Source: Vicugna vicugna (lineage: Eukaryota). Taken from it: 64,000 nucleotides of DNA. Below the pieces are notes generated by a model. The model worked only from the letters and a program-made list of their open reading frames with translations. It searched no databases and was not told the DNA's origin. Location: assembly GCA_013265495.1 (NCBI GenBank), contig MU061578.1, forward strand, positions 1,807,308 through 1,871,307. The letters run 5' to 3'. The position numbers and the translations under genes are program-made. Positions 11,681 to 24,375 of the stretch are shown piece after piece (position 1 is the stretch's first letter; every line of letters starts with the position of its first letter).

Positions 11681-12949
11681 ATCCTGCTCTTTGGGCATGA
11701 CCGTGAAAGGCACCTGTGTCCTTGCATTCCTGAGTGGGCTAGTTTGGGATGCAAACTTGTCTTCTATCAAAGCTTCCGTATGCTTTACATAAGCAAATGA
11801 TCTGTTGGAGGTCACCGAGGAACTAAACAGTGCTGATTAATTCAACATTCACTCCTTCTTTCAACAAACAACTGCTGTTTAGTTAGAAGAATGGGCCGAG
11901 CAATTGTTGATGGACTGTGTCAAGCTGGATGATTCTGAACACTGTCACTGTGCCCTGTGAGTATATCTTAGAATATTATTTGTGCCAACTTGTGTGTGAA
12001 CATAGGGGTATAATATTTATTGACATACAGGGACATTTTGTTTCTCCTTGCTCTTAAGATCAACTTCCGTCTCCTTCACCCGCCCTCTCCTTCCCCGCTT
12101 CACCCAGCTAGCATCTATGCAGGAAGCTTTTTACCAGATACCTCGGAATATTTCAGGATGCTCCGATGTATACTTCATTGTTGTAGCAAGTAACATTTTT
12201 CCTGCACAGCATCTACAATCGTGTTTGTAATTAATGATTCACACAGGTCTTTGCTTAGCATCAGTTTCCGTGGGTAGACTGTAAGCTACATGAGAAGGAA
12301 GAAACACACCTATATGTCCATAGCTGTATATTTAGTACTGAGCAGAGTATTCAGGATACAGGAAGACTTCCATAAACGTTAGCAGGTAATGATGATGGGG
12401 ATGGTTGAGGATCAGAACCATCAGCTGCTCACTGTCTACATGACTGTGACTTTACCATCTCACTGTCTTCATCACATAACCTTCTCATTCCAAGAAGCTC
12501 TTGCCAAGGAAGCAAAAAGTCCAAATAACTTTATGGTTCATTTCAGGAACTTTCTGAAAGACCCATCAGCTTTTCAATAGACGGCATCAAACATCCTCTT
12601 CCACTCCAAGACACTCTGAACACCTCATCTCAATATCCTTCCTTTGTTTTGTTCACCCGTCCTGACCTATCATACATAATCCTTACCCAACTCCCAAGCA
12701 AGTCCCTGCGTGGAAAGACCCACCTTCAACACATTCCTAAATCTCAGTAAATACTGTGACTTTGCCCATCCCCAAGATGCTACTAAGATCCCACTGGGGT
12801 TGCTTATCCTCTTCCTTCCTTCATTAAGCAGTAAACCGAGGTTGTTCCGGTGACACACAGGAGAGGTCAGCATTCGACATGGTTAATGTCAACAAAGTGA
12901 ACACAAGCCTCAGCGATGAAGTTGTGTCAGCTCCCTGCTCAAACACCAT

Positions 12950-13815
12950 TTCCACAAAGAGGCCTTCCTTGCCACAATCTAGACACCACCTGTTAGATCA
13001 CCTTCTGGCCACGTCCCTCCTCTCACCCTGATTTCCTGTTGCTCAGAGCCCTTACCACTGTTGGCATTTTAATAAATATTCACTTGCTTATTGGTTATAT
13101 TTGGATTCCTCTTCTAGAGTGTAAGCTCCGTGAGTGAAGGAAAAATTAAAAAAATGGCCGCTCTTAGGCTAAGAAATTCTTGGCTCTAAGCCTACTGCCT
13201 GCTTTTAGAACGATCAGCAGACCCGGCTGCCCAGCCCCAGGCCCACTGTTAACGCTAAAGCTGTTGACACTACTGTCTACTTTTACCTTGCTCGGACAAT
13301 TACAATCATGTCTGGTGTCTCAGTCATTCCCCAGGAGGGGAGTCACAGGACGACAACCTCGGAGAATGACCAGCCCCCTCAGAGTTCCTCTGTGGCGCCA
13401 GATGAGTCTCACCAGATAAAGAAGGGCTCGGGCTGATGACCTTCCAGAGCACCAGGGGTCCCATGGTACCAGGCTGACCCATCAAGATTTAGGAGGACGT
13501 TCCACCAGAGACCCTTGCTGATCATGACCTCCTTTTATGCTCCCACCTGTTGTTGTCACCTTTCATACTCCAACCTGTTCTTCTATAGAATGAGTAAGCC
13601 CCGGCCCCAGGTGGGCTCACAGTTGTGAAGGCAGTAGACTGCTGTGAGTCCCCTTTGCCCGACAAAGCAATAAAGCTGCCTCTAAACTCCAAGACCTTGT
13701 CTCTGAGTTATTTGGCTCATCAGGGACGGGGGCCAATCTCTCGGCAACATGAGGGCAGGAACTCAGTTTTGTTCCCCGATGTGTCCGCATCTAGGATGAA
13801 TGTGCCTCATTGTTG
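12950..13815 (+). mobile_element. L2 3' fragment split by a solo LTR
   Basis: CTAGAGTGTAAGCTCCGTGAG | LTR | TGAGGGCAGGAACTCAGTTTTGTTC rejoins into the L2 motif CTAGAxTGTAAGCTCCxTGAGGGCAGG. Confidence 0.75.
13135..13749 (+). mobile_element. ERV1-class solo LTR (615 bp)
   Basis: Starts TGAAGG and ends GCAACA; perfect 4-bp TSD TGAG (13131-13134 / 13750-13753); TATA-like CTATAGAA near 13583; AATAAA at 13669-13674. Confidence 0.88.
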
Positions 13816-13899
13816 GGACTCAGGGTAGAGGGCCACGGAAGCTGCGTGTCCGGGCTGACTTAAGGTAGGACATGCAGGAGGGCAAACAGGTGAATGCTT

Positions 13900-14060
13900 C
13901 CCGTGTTTATGGCACCTTCATTTTTTCATCCCCTTTTACCATCACAACACCTTACATGTTGGCATGTGTTGTTCCCATTTTACAGATGAAAACTTGAGGC
14001 TCAGACAAATTGCTTCACACAGGGACCTAAAATACAGGACCCAGAAGTCGGTCCTCCAAT
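13900..14060 (-). mobile_element. MIR SINE
   Basis: CCCATTTTACAGATGAAAACTTGAGGCTCAGA core. Confidence 0.75.
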
Positions 14061-14272
14061 AACAGTTTCCATATTCTGTGTGACCACCGCCTGGTACTTG
14101 GTCTGGAAAATGGAGATCACGAGAGACTGGTCACTTCTTCTCACAGGAGTCATGGGTGCCCAAGAGAGGTTACTCTGCTAAAATAAAATTAGAGTGTGCT
14201 CAGATGTAGCAGCAAGAAGACTCCTGGAACCCTCCATCAATTTACATTAGAAGAAGCACCTTTAATTCTTGG

Positions 14273-14298
14273 GTGTGTGTGTGTGTGTGTGTGTGTGT
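14273..14298 (+). repeat. (GT)13 microsatellite
   Basis: Seen directly. Confidence 0.95.
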
Positions 14299-15665
14299 GG
14301 ATGATTCGAAAGAATAAAGACAAAGTCCAGTTTGGAGTAATCCTCAATCCAAAGGGAATTTTATGCATGGAAATAGAGAATTCATCCCCTGACATGGCTC
14401 AGAAAGAAGACTGGTCCAAATCAAATCACAAGATGAGTCTCACTTTAAAATATGGCATTGGAAGTTTGACATGCCTTTAAAAAAAAATAGCTAACACTTC
14501 AAAAAAACATTAAAAAAAAAGTGCTGCCTTCTATAGGCAGCAGGGAAACATGAGTGCCTTTCTTTGGCAAAGATAACCCATAAGGGACGAAAGAAGGGAG
14601 GGAAGAAAGGGAATGAGAAACACGTTCCATTTCAGGAGAGATAACAGGAGGCTGAATTATCCAGATAATTATCTCAATCCCCACTTCACTTTTTCAATGT
14701 GGAAAGAGCTTCACTGGAGACCATCTTGCTTTAACAACTGCTGTGCATAATTTAGGGGGAAAAAATCTACTAATGACCCTCCATTCAGAAGGTTTTAGAA
14801 AGAGCAGTGGGTGGCATATTTAAATAATAATGAAAAACCACCAGGCTAGGGGAAGACACAGATTACCTAATAGGCAGAGTTTTCTCCACTAATAATGACT
14901 TTTAGAGTAAGGATGTCAGAAAAATGACAGCAAGGATGAAAAGCCTTCTTCCCCCCAACCCCCTCATCTGATGAGATGATCTTTTGTGAAAACAAAGCGA
15001 AACAAACAAACAAAAAAAACAGAATGGAAGAGGGGGATGAGACCCCCCCCCAAGACAGACCAAGGATCATTTTCCTATCTTCCCACTGGAAAATGTCCCT
15101 TCTCCCTGTTAATGGGCTTTTTGTGTCCAATCTTCATCAGCTAGAAATCGCTATCAGCTGTAGTTTTGCGTTGAAACCCACCATGGTCTTCTCCTAAAGG
15201 GAAGAGACAAACTTAAGCAGAATTACAAAGCGACAAAAGTTTGCAGATGTTCTGTATTCAAAGCACCTGATTTCATCAGATTTCTCATTAGAAACAAGTG
15301 TCCCCATCAATGCAGGATAAAGCGTTCCTCTCACACCCGATGAATACAAAATGTCAGGGTGATTAGCATAGACCAGACCGCAAGGAGCAGACAGCACAAA
15401 CAGCTCTGATAAGGCTCCTATCTCTAAATTTGAAGATACGCACAGGAGAGATTTATCAAATACCAAGCCCATCTCTCAAAGGCCTTTGGAGGAATAAATG
15501 GTATATTTGGAGGAAATAGATGGGCATGTGCATTCTGAAGTCCAGACGTTTATACCTAACCCCTCACGGACATCTATTTGAGGCTCTCAGCAAAGACAAT
15601 CTGAATTCATTATCTCCTCTGCAAGGTCTCCAACTGGCCCCTTAGAAAGGGAGTGGCTTCCTCAT

Positions 15666-15668
<3 letters not shown>

Positions 15669-15698
<30 letters not shown>
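15669..15698 (+). repeat. (CA)15 microsatellite
   Basis: Seen directly. Confidence 0.95.
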
Positions 15699-15699
<1 letters not shown>

Positions 15700-16011
15700 C
15701 AGTCTGCATTTTCCCCTGTCCTTAATCTATCTCTAATTCGTGTCACTTCTACCTGTGGAATACAGTTGTAATTTCTTTCTACTTGTCCATCTCCACGGTA
15801 ACTATCCTCGTCCAGACAATCACCACCTGTCACCAGCAGCCCTGCAAAAGCTTCCTAATAGGTGTCCCCAAACACAGGCTGGCTCCACATTCAGCAGAGA
15901 CAGCCTTTCAAATGCAAATAGGCCACCATCCCTCCCCTTGCAAAGAAAGGCTTTGATCATTTTCCGAATCCAAATCCTCCTCAAAGCTAGCACAAAATCC
16001 TTAATATGCCC

Positions 16012-16526
16012 TGTGGTAGGCAGACTAATGCTCCCACCCCCTCCCCCAAAGGTGTTCCTACCCTAATTCCCAGAACCTGTGAAGATTTTATGTTTCTCAC
16101 GGCAAAGGGGATTAAGGCTGCAGATGGAATTAAGGTTGCTAATCAGTTGACTTTGAGATGAAGAGCTTATTCTGGATTATCTAGGTGGGTTAAGTTTAAT
16201 CACAAAAATCCTTAAAAGTGGAAGAGCAGCAGAAGAGTCAGTGTCAGAGTGATTTGATGTGAGACTCAACCCTCCACGGCAGGCTTTGAAGATGGAAGAG
16301 GGCCAGGAGCCAAGGAATGCGGGCAGCCTGCAGCAAAACAAGGCAAAATAACAGGATCCCCCTTGGAGCCTCCAGAAGGAACACAGCCCTACTGATACCT
16401 TGATTTTAGCCCACAGAGACCCATTTCAGACTTCTGACCTCTAGAACTATAAGATAATAAATTTGTGTGGTTTTAAACCACCAGGTTTGTGATCATTTGT
16501 TGCACCAGAAATAGGGAGTTAACACA
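16012..16526 (+). mobile_element. MLT1 (MLT1D-like) ERVL-MaLR solo LTR
   Basis: TGTGGTAGGCAGACTAATG start; GCAGATGGAATTAAGGTTGCTAATCAG; CTTCTGACCTCTAGAACTATAAGATAATAAATTTGTG; ends TAACACA; 5-bp flanks TGCCC / CACCC. Confidence 0.9.
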
Positions 16527-16854
16527 CACCCTACTAAGACCCTACAGAGGCTGGATGTTGCCTGGCTTTTAGCTTCACTTGGTACCATTTTCTCTTCACC
16601 CTTTGCCTTTTTTATTTTCAGGTTTTCTCACACTTGTGTTGCCACACGTTCCTCAAAGATGCTGTCACCTCCCCCTTGAATGCTTCTCTTCCCCAGCTGG
16701 CTCCTGCTCATAATTTAGGTTATGGGTGAGTGACACCTGACTTTCCCATAACCCCCATCCTTCCTGACTCCTCACGGAGGATAGTCAGATGCCCCTACTT
16801 CATGATCCTTTAACACCTATAACATTCATCACACTGTTAGTACTTCTTCAAGTC

Positions 16855-16968
16855 CAGAGTGATGGACTCATCCTAGTTTGCATGGCACCTGTCTGGTTTT
16901 GGTGTGAAAGTCCCATCTCTCAGGAAATCCCTCAGGTCAGGGAAATCGGGGATGTCTGACCACCTTAC
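16855..16968 (+). mobile_element. MER81-like hAT-Blackjack relic
   Basis: GAGTGATGGACTCATCCTAGTTTGCATGG...TGAAAGTCCC...GGAAATCCCTCAG...GACCACCTTA. Confidence 0.6.
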
Positions 16969-17432
16969 CATCTGATCTGCCTTCCTCAGCAGCACAGGGC
17001 CTGGTGTACAGTAGGTACTCCATAAAATATTAATGAATAAATGGATCTAATGTTTCATCACCTTTTACTGTGCACACACACACACATTTCCAGTATATTT
17101 CCTTCCACTCCTGACCCTTCTATCTAATCATCTAAGTTTGTCATCAGCTCCTCCATCCTGAGTGGTACCCAGTTCTGTGATTATGCCAATTCCTTAAGGG
17201 CTATGTCCCCACATACTATCCTTCCCAGCTGATCTTCCTTTGTTCTGCTGTGTGATGAGATTGGGTACTTGACTCAATTTTTCAATGAACCAAATCCTTA
17301 CTGTGTACCTACATCAAAAGCAAATGCTCAATGCTTTTGGATAAATTTCTATAAGGATCGAAATGTTCTGTGTGCTCAAAAATGAACATAAGTTATGATA
17401 AGGGTACCACCTTGGAAGAGCTGGTTCTTTGG

Positions 17433-17517
17433 TTCTGTATATGTATAACTGAATCGCTTTGCTGTACACCTGAAGCTAACACAACATTGTAAATCAACTA
17501 TACTTCGCTTTTTTAAA
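17433..17517 (+). mobile_element. Extremely 5'-truncated L1 (3' terminus only)
   Basis: GTATAACTGAATCGCTTTGCTGTACACCTGAAGCTAACACAACATTGTAAATCAACTATACTTC; TSD AAGAGCTGGTTCTTTGG (17416-17432) / AAAAGTTGGTTCTTTGG (ending 17533). Confidence 0.85.
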
Positions 17518-18887
17518 AAAGTTGGTTCTTTGGAGAAGAATCAAGTTTTTCAGGTCTCTTGGGTGCTATTTTGCATCTTAAAAGAGGAATGAATTTGGAA
17601 TTATGTGGCCAGGCATTCTCTGTGAGGGATTTCTAACCTTGAAGTACTCCTTTTTTTAAAAAAGCAAGAACTAAAGTATCACCCAGTGACCATGCTGTAC
17701 AGTTTATTTTTTTTTCTTTTTTGGCCCCAACGTTCAAATTGTATGAGAATTAGTTTCTGTTTTATCTGGGTAAGAATATGGTTTTCAAATGTTAATATTA
17801 ATGAAAACCATGTCATGTATCTATTCAAAATTCAGACACCTGCTGAGACACATCCCTGGAGTTTTTGTTTTGGAATATGTGAACTGGTTTCTAGTAAGTA
17901 GTTTCAGGGACTGCCATGAACAGCACCTTAATAAATTTTAAAGCATGGGAAGTTGTTAAGTAGTAATATGGTATAAAAGATAGGTAATCTTGATAGAATC
18001 CTTTTAAAAGCCCATAATTTGGAGCAAAGAGAAAGCTCATATCTGTTTGTGTGTTGGAGTAGGAAGGCACTCAAGAGAAGGGGTGGAGATCATAAAATGT
18101 TCATAAAATATTATGGTCAATGGCAAATGAAGAAATCTTGTTATTGTCACTGCTAAATCATATTTTACCCAAAGGTATCTGACATGTGGGATACAGACTT
18201 CCTGGATAAAAATGTCCCGTGTTGCCCAGACCCCACATAGCATAAAAACAAAGTGTGAGAAAAAAAATCTTGCTTTTCTGACCCTTCATGAAAATGCTAC
18301 CACTTAGTGAGTTGGCATGAACTGGGATTGAGAGAAGAGCACGCTATCTTCCTTACAAGGACTAGCTGGTACCGGGAGGGTGCTGGCCCACCAGGAGATC
18401 ATAAAGGCTGTCTCTGTAGGGATGCTCAAAAAGAGAAAGAAGATGTCCTCTCAATGCAGGATGCTTTTTCTATGATACTCTCTGCTACTGCTACTTGAAA
18501 ACATTTTCTGGAGATGGTCTTGTAAAGATACATGGTACTGAATGATGATGGAGTCCTTCCTACAACATTTGTTGATTAGAGAGAGAAAAGAAATAAGTGG
18601 TCCTGGCTGCCTCTCAGCATGTGACCTTTAGCCCGCATGCCTGCCTCTGCTGGGCTGCGTGGAGGAAAATGGCATCCCCTCCACACTCTGCTCAGGGACT
18701 TACTTCTGAATCACTTGTGTTCACCCATGCATACACTTCAACTTCCGTGTGATCTTGACTATCTCAGCCCACCATATATTTATGTCCTCATTCTGTCATT
18801 TGCTCATGTTTTAGGTTTGCTTTAAGTGGGGTCACCCTGGTACAACCTTGGCTTTCCACAAAAATGGCAATGATTCATATCTCTTAC

Positions 18888-18914
18888 CTTGGATGCCATT
18901 CTCAGAAACCGTCC
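18888..18914 (-). other. Candidate 27-nt microexon of an unidentified minus-strand gene
   Basis: tcttgccttcccaacAG|GGACGGTTTCTGAGAATGGCATCCAAG|GTAAGA; splice-signal evidence only. Confidence 0.25.
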
Positions 18915-19519
18915 CTGTTGGGAAGGCAAGATGTGGACAAGACTTGGCATCACCACCTTTGACTCCAAATGCACTGCTACAGAAGACCATTAGACATCAC
19001 TGGGTTGTCCTTTCTTGGTATTTTGGGAATTGAGGAAAGGGGGACCAATATGGCAGAGGGTCTATCTCTTGAGAAATGCACAGCTTTCTAATATAGATAA
19101 ATGTAAAGTATTTCTTGAATAGCTCCATGGAAAGAAATTGTTCAGTAATAAGAAGTGCCCTAAACTTTTAAGTTTTGATAAAATGGTCCAGAATGAAAAA
19201 TGCTCTTCTTAATGCAATTTTAAGTTCCTTTAGGATAGGGACTGTGTTACAAGTTGCCTTTAATCACAAAAGAAAATGAGAACAGTATTTGCACATAGTA
19301 GACTTTCAATAAATGATATTTATTAAATAGGATATTGATCAAATATGATATCACTCTGGCTAGACTCCAAACATCTTTGAAATATTTCTTCTAGATCATT
19401 TTCACTCCTGGGCTAAAGGATCTTCCGTGTCCTCTGTGACCCTCTCCTGCAGCTACGCATCTGGTCTTGCCTGCGTTGCTACCTTATATTTGCATGGTGC
19501 ATTCTGCTATGAAAACTGC

Positions 19520-19880
19520 ACCTGATTTTCACACAAGCTCTTTAGGGAATCTTACAGCGTTCACAGAGGAGGAGGCTGAGGCCAAGGGAAGTTTGGAACT
19601 GGCAAGATCTCACGGATAGTATGTGGTGAGACTGGCACTGGTACACTGGATTTAGACTCAAAATCCAACCCCTTCAGGTGGTTATAAATCCAGGCCAGTG
19701 CATCTCAACTTCTCTGAGACAGTGTCCTCATCTGGAAATGGGACTAAGGAGAGATAACAGTTACTGAGCCCTCCTGATTTGTTGATCCATTTTCCATATG
19801 AGAAAATCAAAGCTCAGAGAGGTCAAGAAGTGGCCACCCATGAGAAACTGGCTTCAAAGATGGCAGCTTGATTCTACGGT
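19520..19880. mobile_element. Cluster of MIR fragments in both orientations
   Basis: GAGGAGGCTGAGGCCAAGGGAAGTT (-), CTCTGAGACAGTGTCCTCATCTGGAAATGGG (+), CCATTTTCCATATGAGAAAATCAAAGCTCAGAGAGGTCAAG (-). Confidence 0.65.
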
Positions 19881-20649
19881 CCATCTCCTCCCCTCCCCTG
19901 GCTCACTGCTTCCCTTATCCATCACTCACACTTACTGTGTGCCTGGAAAACCAGGTGATGCACGTAGAGTAATGATAGATACATAAAATATCACAAGGCA
20001 GGTTACATGTTTTTATGACATATTTCCCACTTTTATTTATTTTTAAATTTTCCAATTTACTACATTTTTATTATGATGAATAGGGGTGGTTAAGAAAATG
20101 TCAGTCTCCCTAGATGCATTCACCAACAGCACATCTCTACAGCTTCTGCCCTTTGCTGGCTCTGTTCTCTGATAAAGCATCTGCTTAGAGAGATTCAGGA
20201 AGGAGACAGCAGCACACAGTGCCAAGACCTTCCACCTGGGACCCATACAAATTCAAAAATGAGAACATCCGCTTCCAAGCCATCGTATCCCATCCTGAGT
20301 CGCCTTTTCCTGAAATTAGCAGAACCAAGTCACTCAGTCCGCCCTGTGTGTTGAGCAGTGTAATCAGCAGCAGAATCCAATAGCAGAAATTGATTAAACC
20401 CCATCACAGAATTCCCTAAACAACTTTCTCTACAATTAAACCATTGTGTTGAAAAGGAATTGGGTTAGAAATACTAATAGGTATACTCAACTGAACTGTA
20501 ACATTACTCGTGAGACTCTAGGATGACACTGCTTGACAGTAATAGGAAATGAAATCATCTTAATATTTACTCATCAAGTCAAGTAGATCCAGTCTCCAGA
20601 AGCAAACAGCTCTCCCTCTCTGATCGCCAGGGGAAAGATTCTTCTATCT

Positions 20650-20833
20650 AGGGTAGAATCAGAGTACTTGGCACACATGCTACCACTCCCCCTTGCTGTA
20701 CCCCTGAAAGACATTGCTAATCAATCACAGCACTCTCCTGCTGAGCTCAGATGCATTCTTCTCAACAAAACTCCAGGGAGCCTTTACGAATCAGAATTGG
20801 CAAGCAAGAAGAAACCTATTTGCCTGCCCTCTG
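20650..20833 (-). mobile_element. MER117-like hAT-Charlie relic
   Basis: CATTGCTAATCAATCACAGCACTCT...GAAACCTATTTGCC, flanked by CTAG-containing hAT-type target sites. Confidence 0.55.
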
Positions 20834-21492
20834 TCTAGAGTTTTATTTCACGAAGCCTTGACACAAAACTCCCGATGACCCAATCCAGACACCCAGATTG
20901 GAGTGCCTAAATCCACGGAATGTTGAACCTCATTTCTCAGGACATAATGACCATTCTGGCATACTCCGCTGACTTTTAATAAAACGACTTCTCTTGAGTA
21001 GCTGACAAGCTGCCCTTATCTTCCTCAGTATTTCTCAATAACCCTAAAGTAACGCGTGCATCGCCTCTCTGAGTTCTTTCCTTCTTTAATCAAGGCCAAT
21101 CTATTCAACCGTTAAAATCTATCTCTAGAAAAATTCTTCTGAGTCGAACCATCACATTTTCTACTCCACCATTCTGAAAATAACTTTAGTTCACTTAAAT
21201 TGTTCTCTAGCCCCCAGGATATTAAATAGGTGTGTCCTTCTGACGGTTAGCATAAGGTGGTTCTCTTTTATTTTTCCAACAAATGAAAAGATAGCAAATC
21301 ATCTAGTGATACAAAAAAAAAACCATTTTTCTATTGATTGATGAATAATGAAACAGACAGGTGATGTGTATTTCTTTTTTGAGAAAAACTCTCCAGGTTT
21401 CTAAGCATTCATTTATAAAACGTATTTTAAAAACTAAGTGATAATGTCTATGAGATATAAAATTAAATATGTGTCACTTATTTTAAACTTAA

Positions 21493-21668
21493 TGAAACTA
21501 TTTTAAAGACTCAACTGACCAAATGGTAAAGATCTTATTGGCTTTGTCCAACAGTTCATGAATCAGGCAGCATCCAATCTGTCAGACAGAAAGGAGCTCT
21601 GAGGAGGTGGACAGACCGAATGACTTTTATGGGCAGAAGGGAGCGGGAATCAGGAAGCTATACTCCAC

Positions 21669-21702
<34 letters not shown>

Positions 21703-21876
21703 GATTGCTTACTGCAAGGTTACCTGCCTTTAGGGGATGGGTGAGATACACCAGGCAGATAGTTAACCAGGGCGGACCAGGCAAAGCCTGATTGACTGGT
21801 TTAAGATTCCACTTCTGGGAGAGCCAAAGCTTAGCATAAGTGACTCCATTTGGGGCCTGCTGTCTTATTTTTAACA
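21493..21876 (-). mobile_element. ERV1-type LTR with an internal expanded A30 (T30 on the LTR strand) tract
   Basis: Minus strand begins TGTTAAAAATAAGACAGCAGGCCCCAAATGGAGTCACTTATGCTAAGC, typical of ERV1 LTR 5' ends; homopolymer at 21670-21699; left boundary uncertain, no TSD found. Confidence 0.65.
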
Positions 21877-22592
21877 CAACATACCAAAAAAAGAAAAAAA
21901 AAACTGTATCCATTTCTGATTTTTTTAATTAAAATTTTAAGAGTTTTCAAATGTGCAGAAATGACTGAAACCATTCCACAGAGACAACCCTGAAAAAAAA
22001 AATCAAGAATGAAAAACTAATGAAAAATTAAACAAATGATGGAAAAGGCTGTGAGGCAAAAGAGAAGTTAGGATGATAAAGAGAGATTAAAAAAAGGAAC
22101 TGAATTAAAAAACAGACTAGAAATGGAGAAATCTTAGGACTGAAAAACAGAAAAATCAAAGGCAAAAAACATCTTTAAACAACGTGCAAGAGCGTACCGC
22201 AGGAAAGAGCTGTGAGGGCCCTGAGAGCCTGAGTGCCTGAGCCGGGAGTCAACAATGGAATACAATGAACAGTGACTGCTGAGGTCCGCTGCGATGGCTC
22301 ACGCTTTGGAGGGGGCAGCTGATACACTGACTTGTATACGTTGCATGATTTTTATAGAAAGAAGTGAGTGTCCTCAAAGAAAAATAACTTATCTTTCTGT
22401 TCTTCCACATCTGTTTACTTTTCAGTCCATGTTATGGTTTATGCCGACTTCCCCTTCTCTAAACCTCTGGAATGTTTTAAATAAATCACTAAGATAGTAG
22501 ACTCCTAAAAACCGAATGGCTAGGGGTGGACATTTTCTCTACCCGCCCTCCTGGCCCAAAACCACCAACGCAGCCCTGAGGAGCCCTAATTG

Positions 22593-22594
<2 letters not shown>

Positions 22595-22644
<50 letters not shown>
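22595..22644 (+). repeat. (GT)25 microsatellite
   Basis: Seen directly. Confidence 0.97.
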
Positions 22645-22647
<3 letters not shown>

Positions 22648-22713
22648 GGCACTCATGTCACTCCATGTTGCGATATAAACATTTTATAGAGAACTGATGT
22701 TCAGAGAGATTAA

Positions 22714-22843
22714 TTTTTTTGTTGTTTTTATTGATTGATTGATTTTAGGTTTATTTATTTATTTTAATGGAGATACTGGGGATTGAACCCAGGACCTCAT
22801 GCCTGCTGGGCGCGCACTCTACCACTGAGCTATCCCCTCCCCC
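22714..22843 (-). mobile_element. tRNA-Ala-derived camelid-type SINE inserted in a MIR
   Basis: GGGGATTGAACCCAGGACCTCATGCCTGCTGGGCGCGCACTCTACCACTGAGCTATCCCCTCCCCC; weak TSD GAGATTAAT / GAAATAAAT. Confidence 0.9.
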
Positions 22844-23779
22844 GAAATAAATGAGTCACAGCCACAGTCACTCAGGCCTCCGACAGGCAGTGCTAACCCC
22901 ACTATCCCTCACAGTGCTGCCTATTAAGGTAGCTTATAACTGCTACTCCACCTTTCTAGTATATGCCTGAAGCATTCCTATGTTCGGAAATCTTGACCCC
23001 ACCCCACCCCCAATAGAGAGTGTAGAGTCTGACTTATGTCTTGTAACTATTTGCCCCCTTTGTTTGGCTTCAATGCCTCCCACAGTGACAGGGACATAAT
23101 AAGCGCTCATTAAATGCATGTTGATTGGATTTAGCTCTCCCTGCCTTGTGCGTTGCCGTAGAAGTCTCTTAATATCACTTTCATAACTATTGATTCAATT
23201 ATTCCTCCTCACATCTTAAGTGAAGCAGGCCACCCCTCCTCCAGGGCATCCACACATTCTCCGGGTCTCCATTCTTCTTCCATCTACATCTAACAAAACG
23301 AACGGTTTCCCTGCTACCTCTCACCCCACCGGCGTTACAGGAGCTGCGGCGACGGCCCTATCTCCTGCAGGCATCGCTGTATCTCCTCAGCAGCCTGTTG
23401 TAACACAGGTGACAGAAGTATTAAGAATGTCAGCCTTCAAAGCATGAGGGACTTATGTAAAGCAAATGGTGCCATCCGAGGTAAAAACCGGTGACAGCAA
23501 CAAAGGGAAACGCAGGAGCCAACACGACTGCCGCCAAGTGCACTTGAACAGGGGAAGAGGAACTACTTAGCCATTTCTGGGGCAAAGCAGAAAATCCAAA
23601 AACCAAACCAAAACCAAACAAAAACAGCTCTGTGATTCCTGCAGGACTTAGAATACACGGTAGTGGTCACCGATGCACTGAAGAATGGAGCAAATGGATT
23701 TTATGCAATGTTGACTAGATGATGATGGATGGATGGATGGACAGATAGGATCCTGGCGCTTTTTCCCATCCCCAGCCAG

Positions 23780-24375
23780 TGTCTTCCTTCCTCCCAGACT
23801 ATTTCAACATGCCTCTTAAAACTATTGTCCTTGCTTCCACTTTGCCTTTGTGCAAGCCATCTTCAATACAGTAGCCAGAGTACTATTTTTAAAAACACAA
23901 GTATAATCACATTCCCTTCTCTTTCTGATTCTTTATTGGCTGTCCCTGGTACTTAGAATAAAATCTGCAATCTGGACTGAAGGATGGGTCTCCCCTGTCC
24001 ACTCTTTCAACATCCCCATATGCCTGTTCTGGCACTCTGTTCCAACCCCACTTCTTTTAATTCTTCAAAAGCCCTACCCCCAGAGTCTTTTCCCTAGAAT
24101 GTTTCAACTTAAATATCAATTCCTTGATCACTCAAATTAAATGACCAGGCTCTGCACAGACTCTTACAGCATGCTGTGTGTTTATCTCACAGTCTGCATT
24201 ATAACTCGTAGCTATACATTTATTTGTATGACTATTCGCCTACTATTTGTTTCCTCTGGAGACTATAAGCCCCATGGGTCCTGGAAACTTGTCTTGTTAT
24301 CACTGTTTCCTCAGCAGCTAGAACCACGCCTGGCACTGAAGAGGATTCAGGGTGTATTTGTTGAGTGCATGAAAG
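23780..24375 (+). mobile_element. L2 LINE 3' region
   Basis: CAGTAGCCAGAGTACTATTTTTAAAA...CTTAGAATAAAATC...GACTATAAGCCCCATGGG...CCTGGCAC...TATTTGTTGAGTGCATGAA. Confidence 0.75.

Larger units (their letters stand above)
15800..17045 (+). mobile_element. Fragmented L2 hosting MLT1 and MER81 insertions
   Basis: CTGCAAAAGCTTCCTAATAGGTGTCCC...CTTTCAAATGCAAAT before the MLT1; ends CACAGGGCCTGGTGTACAGTAGGTACTCCATAAAATATTAATGAAT. Confidence 0.6.
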
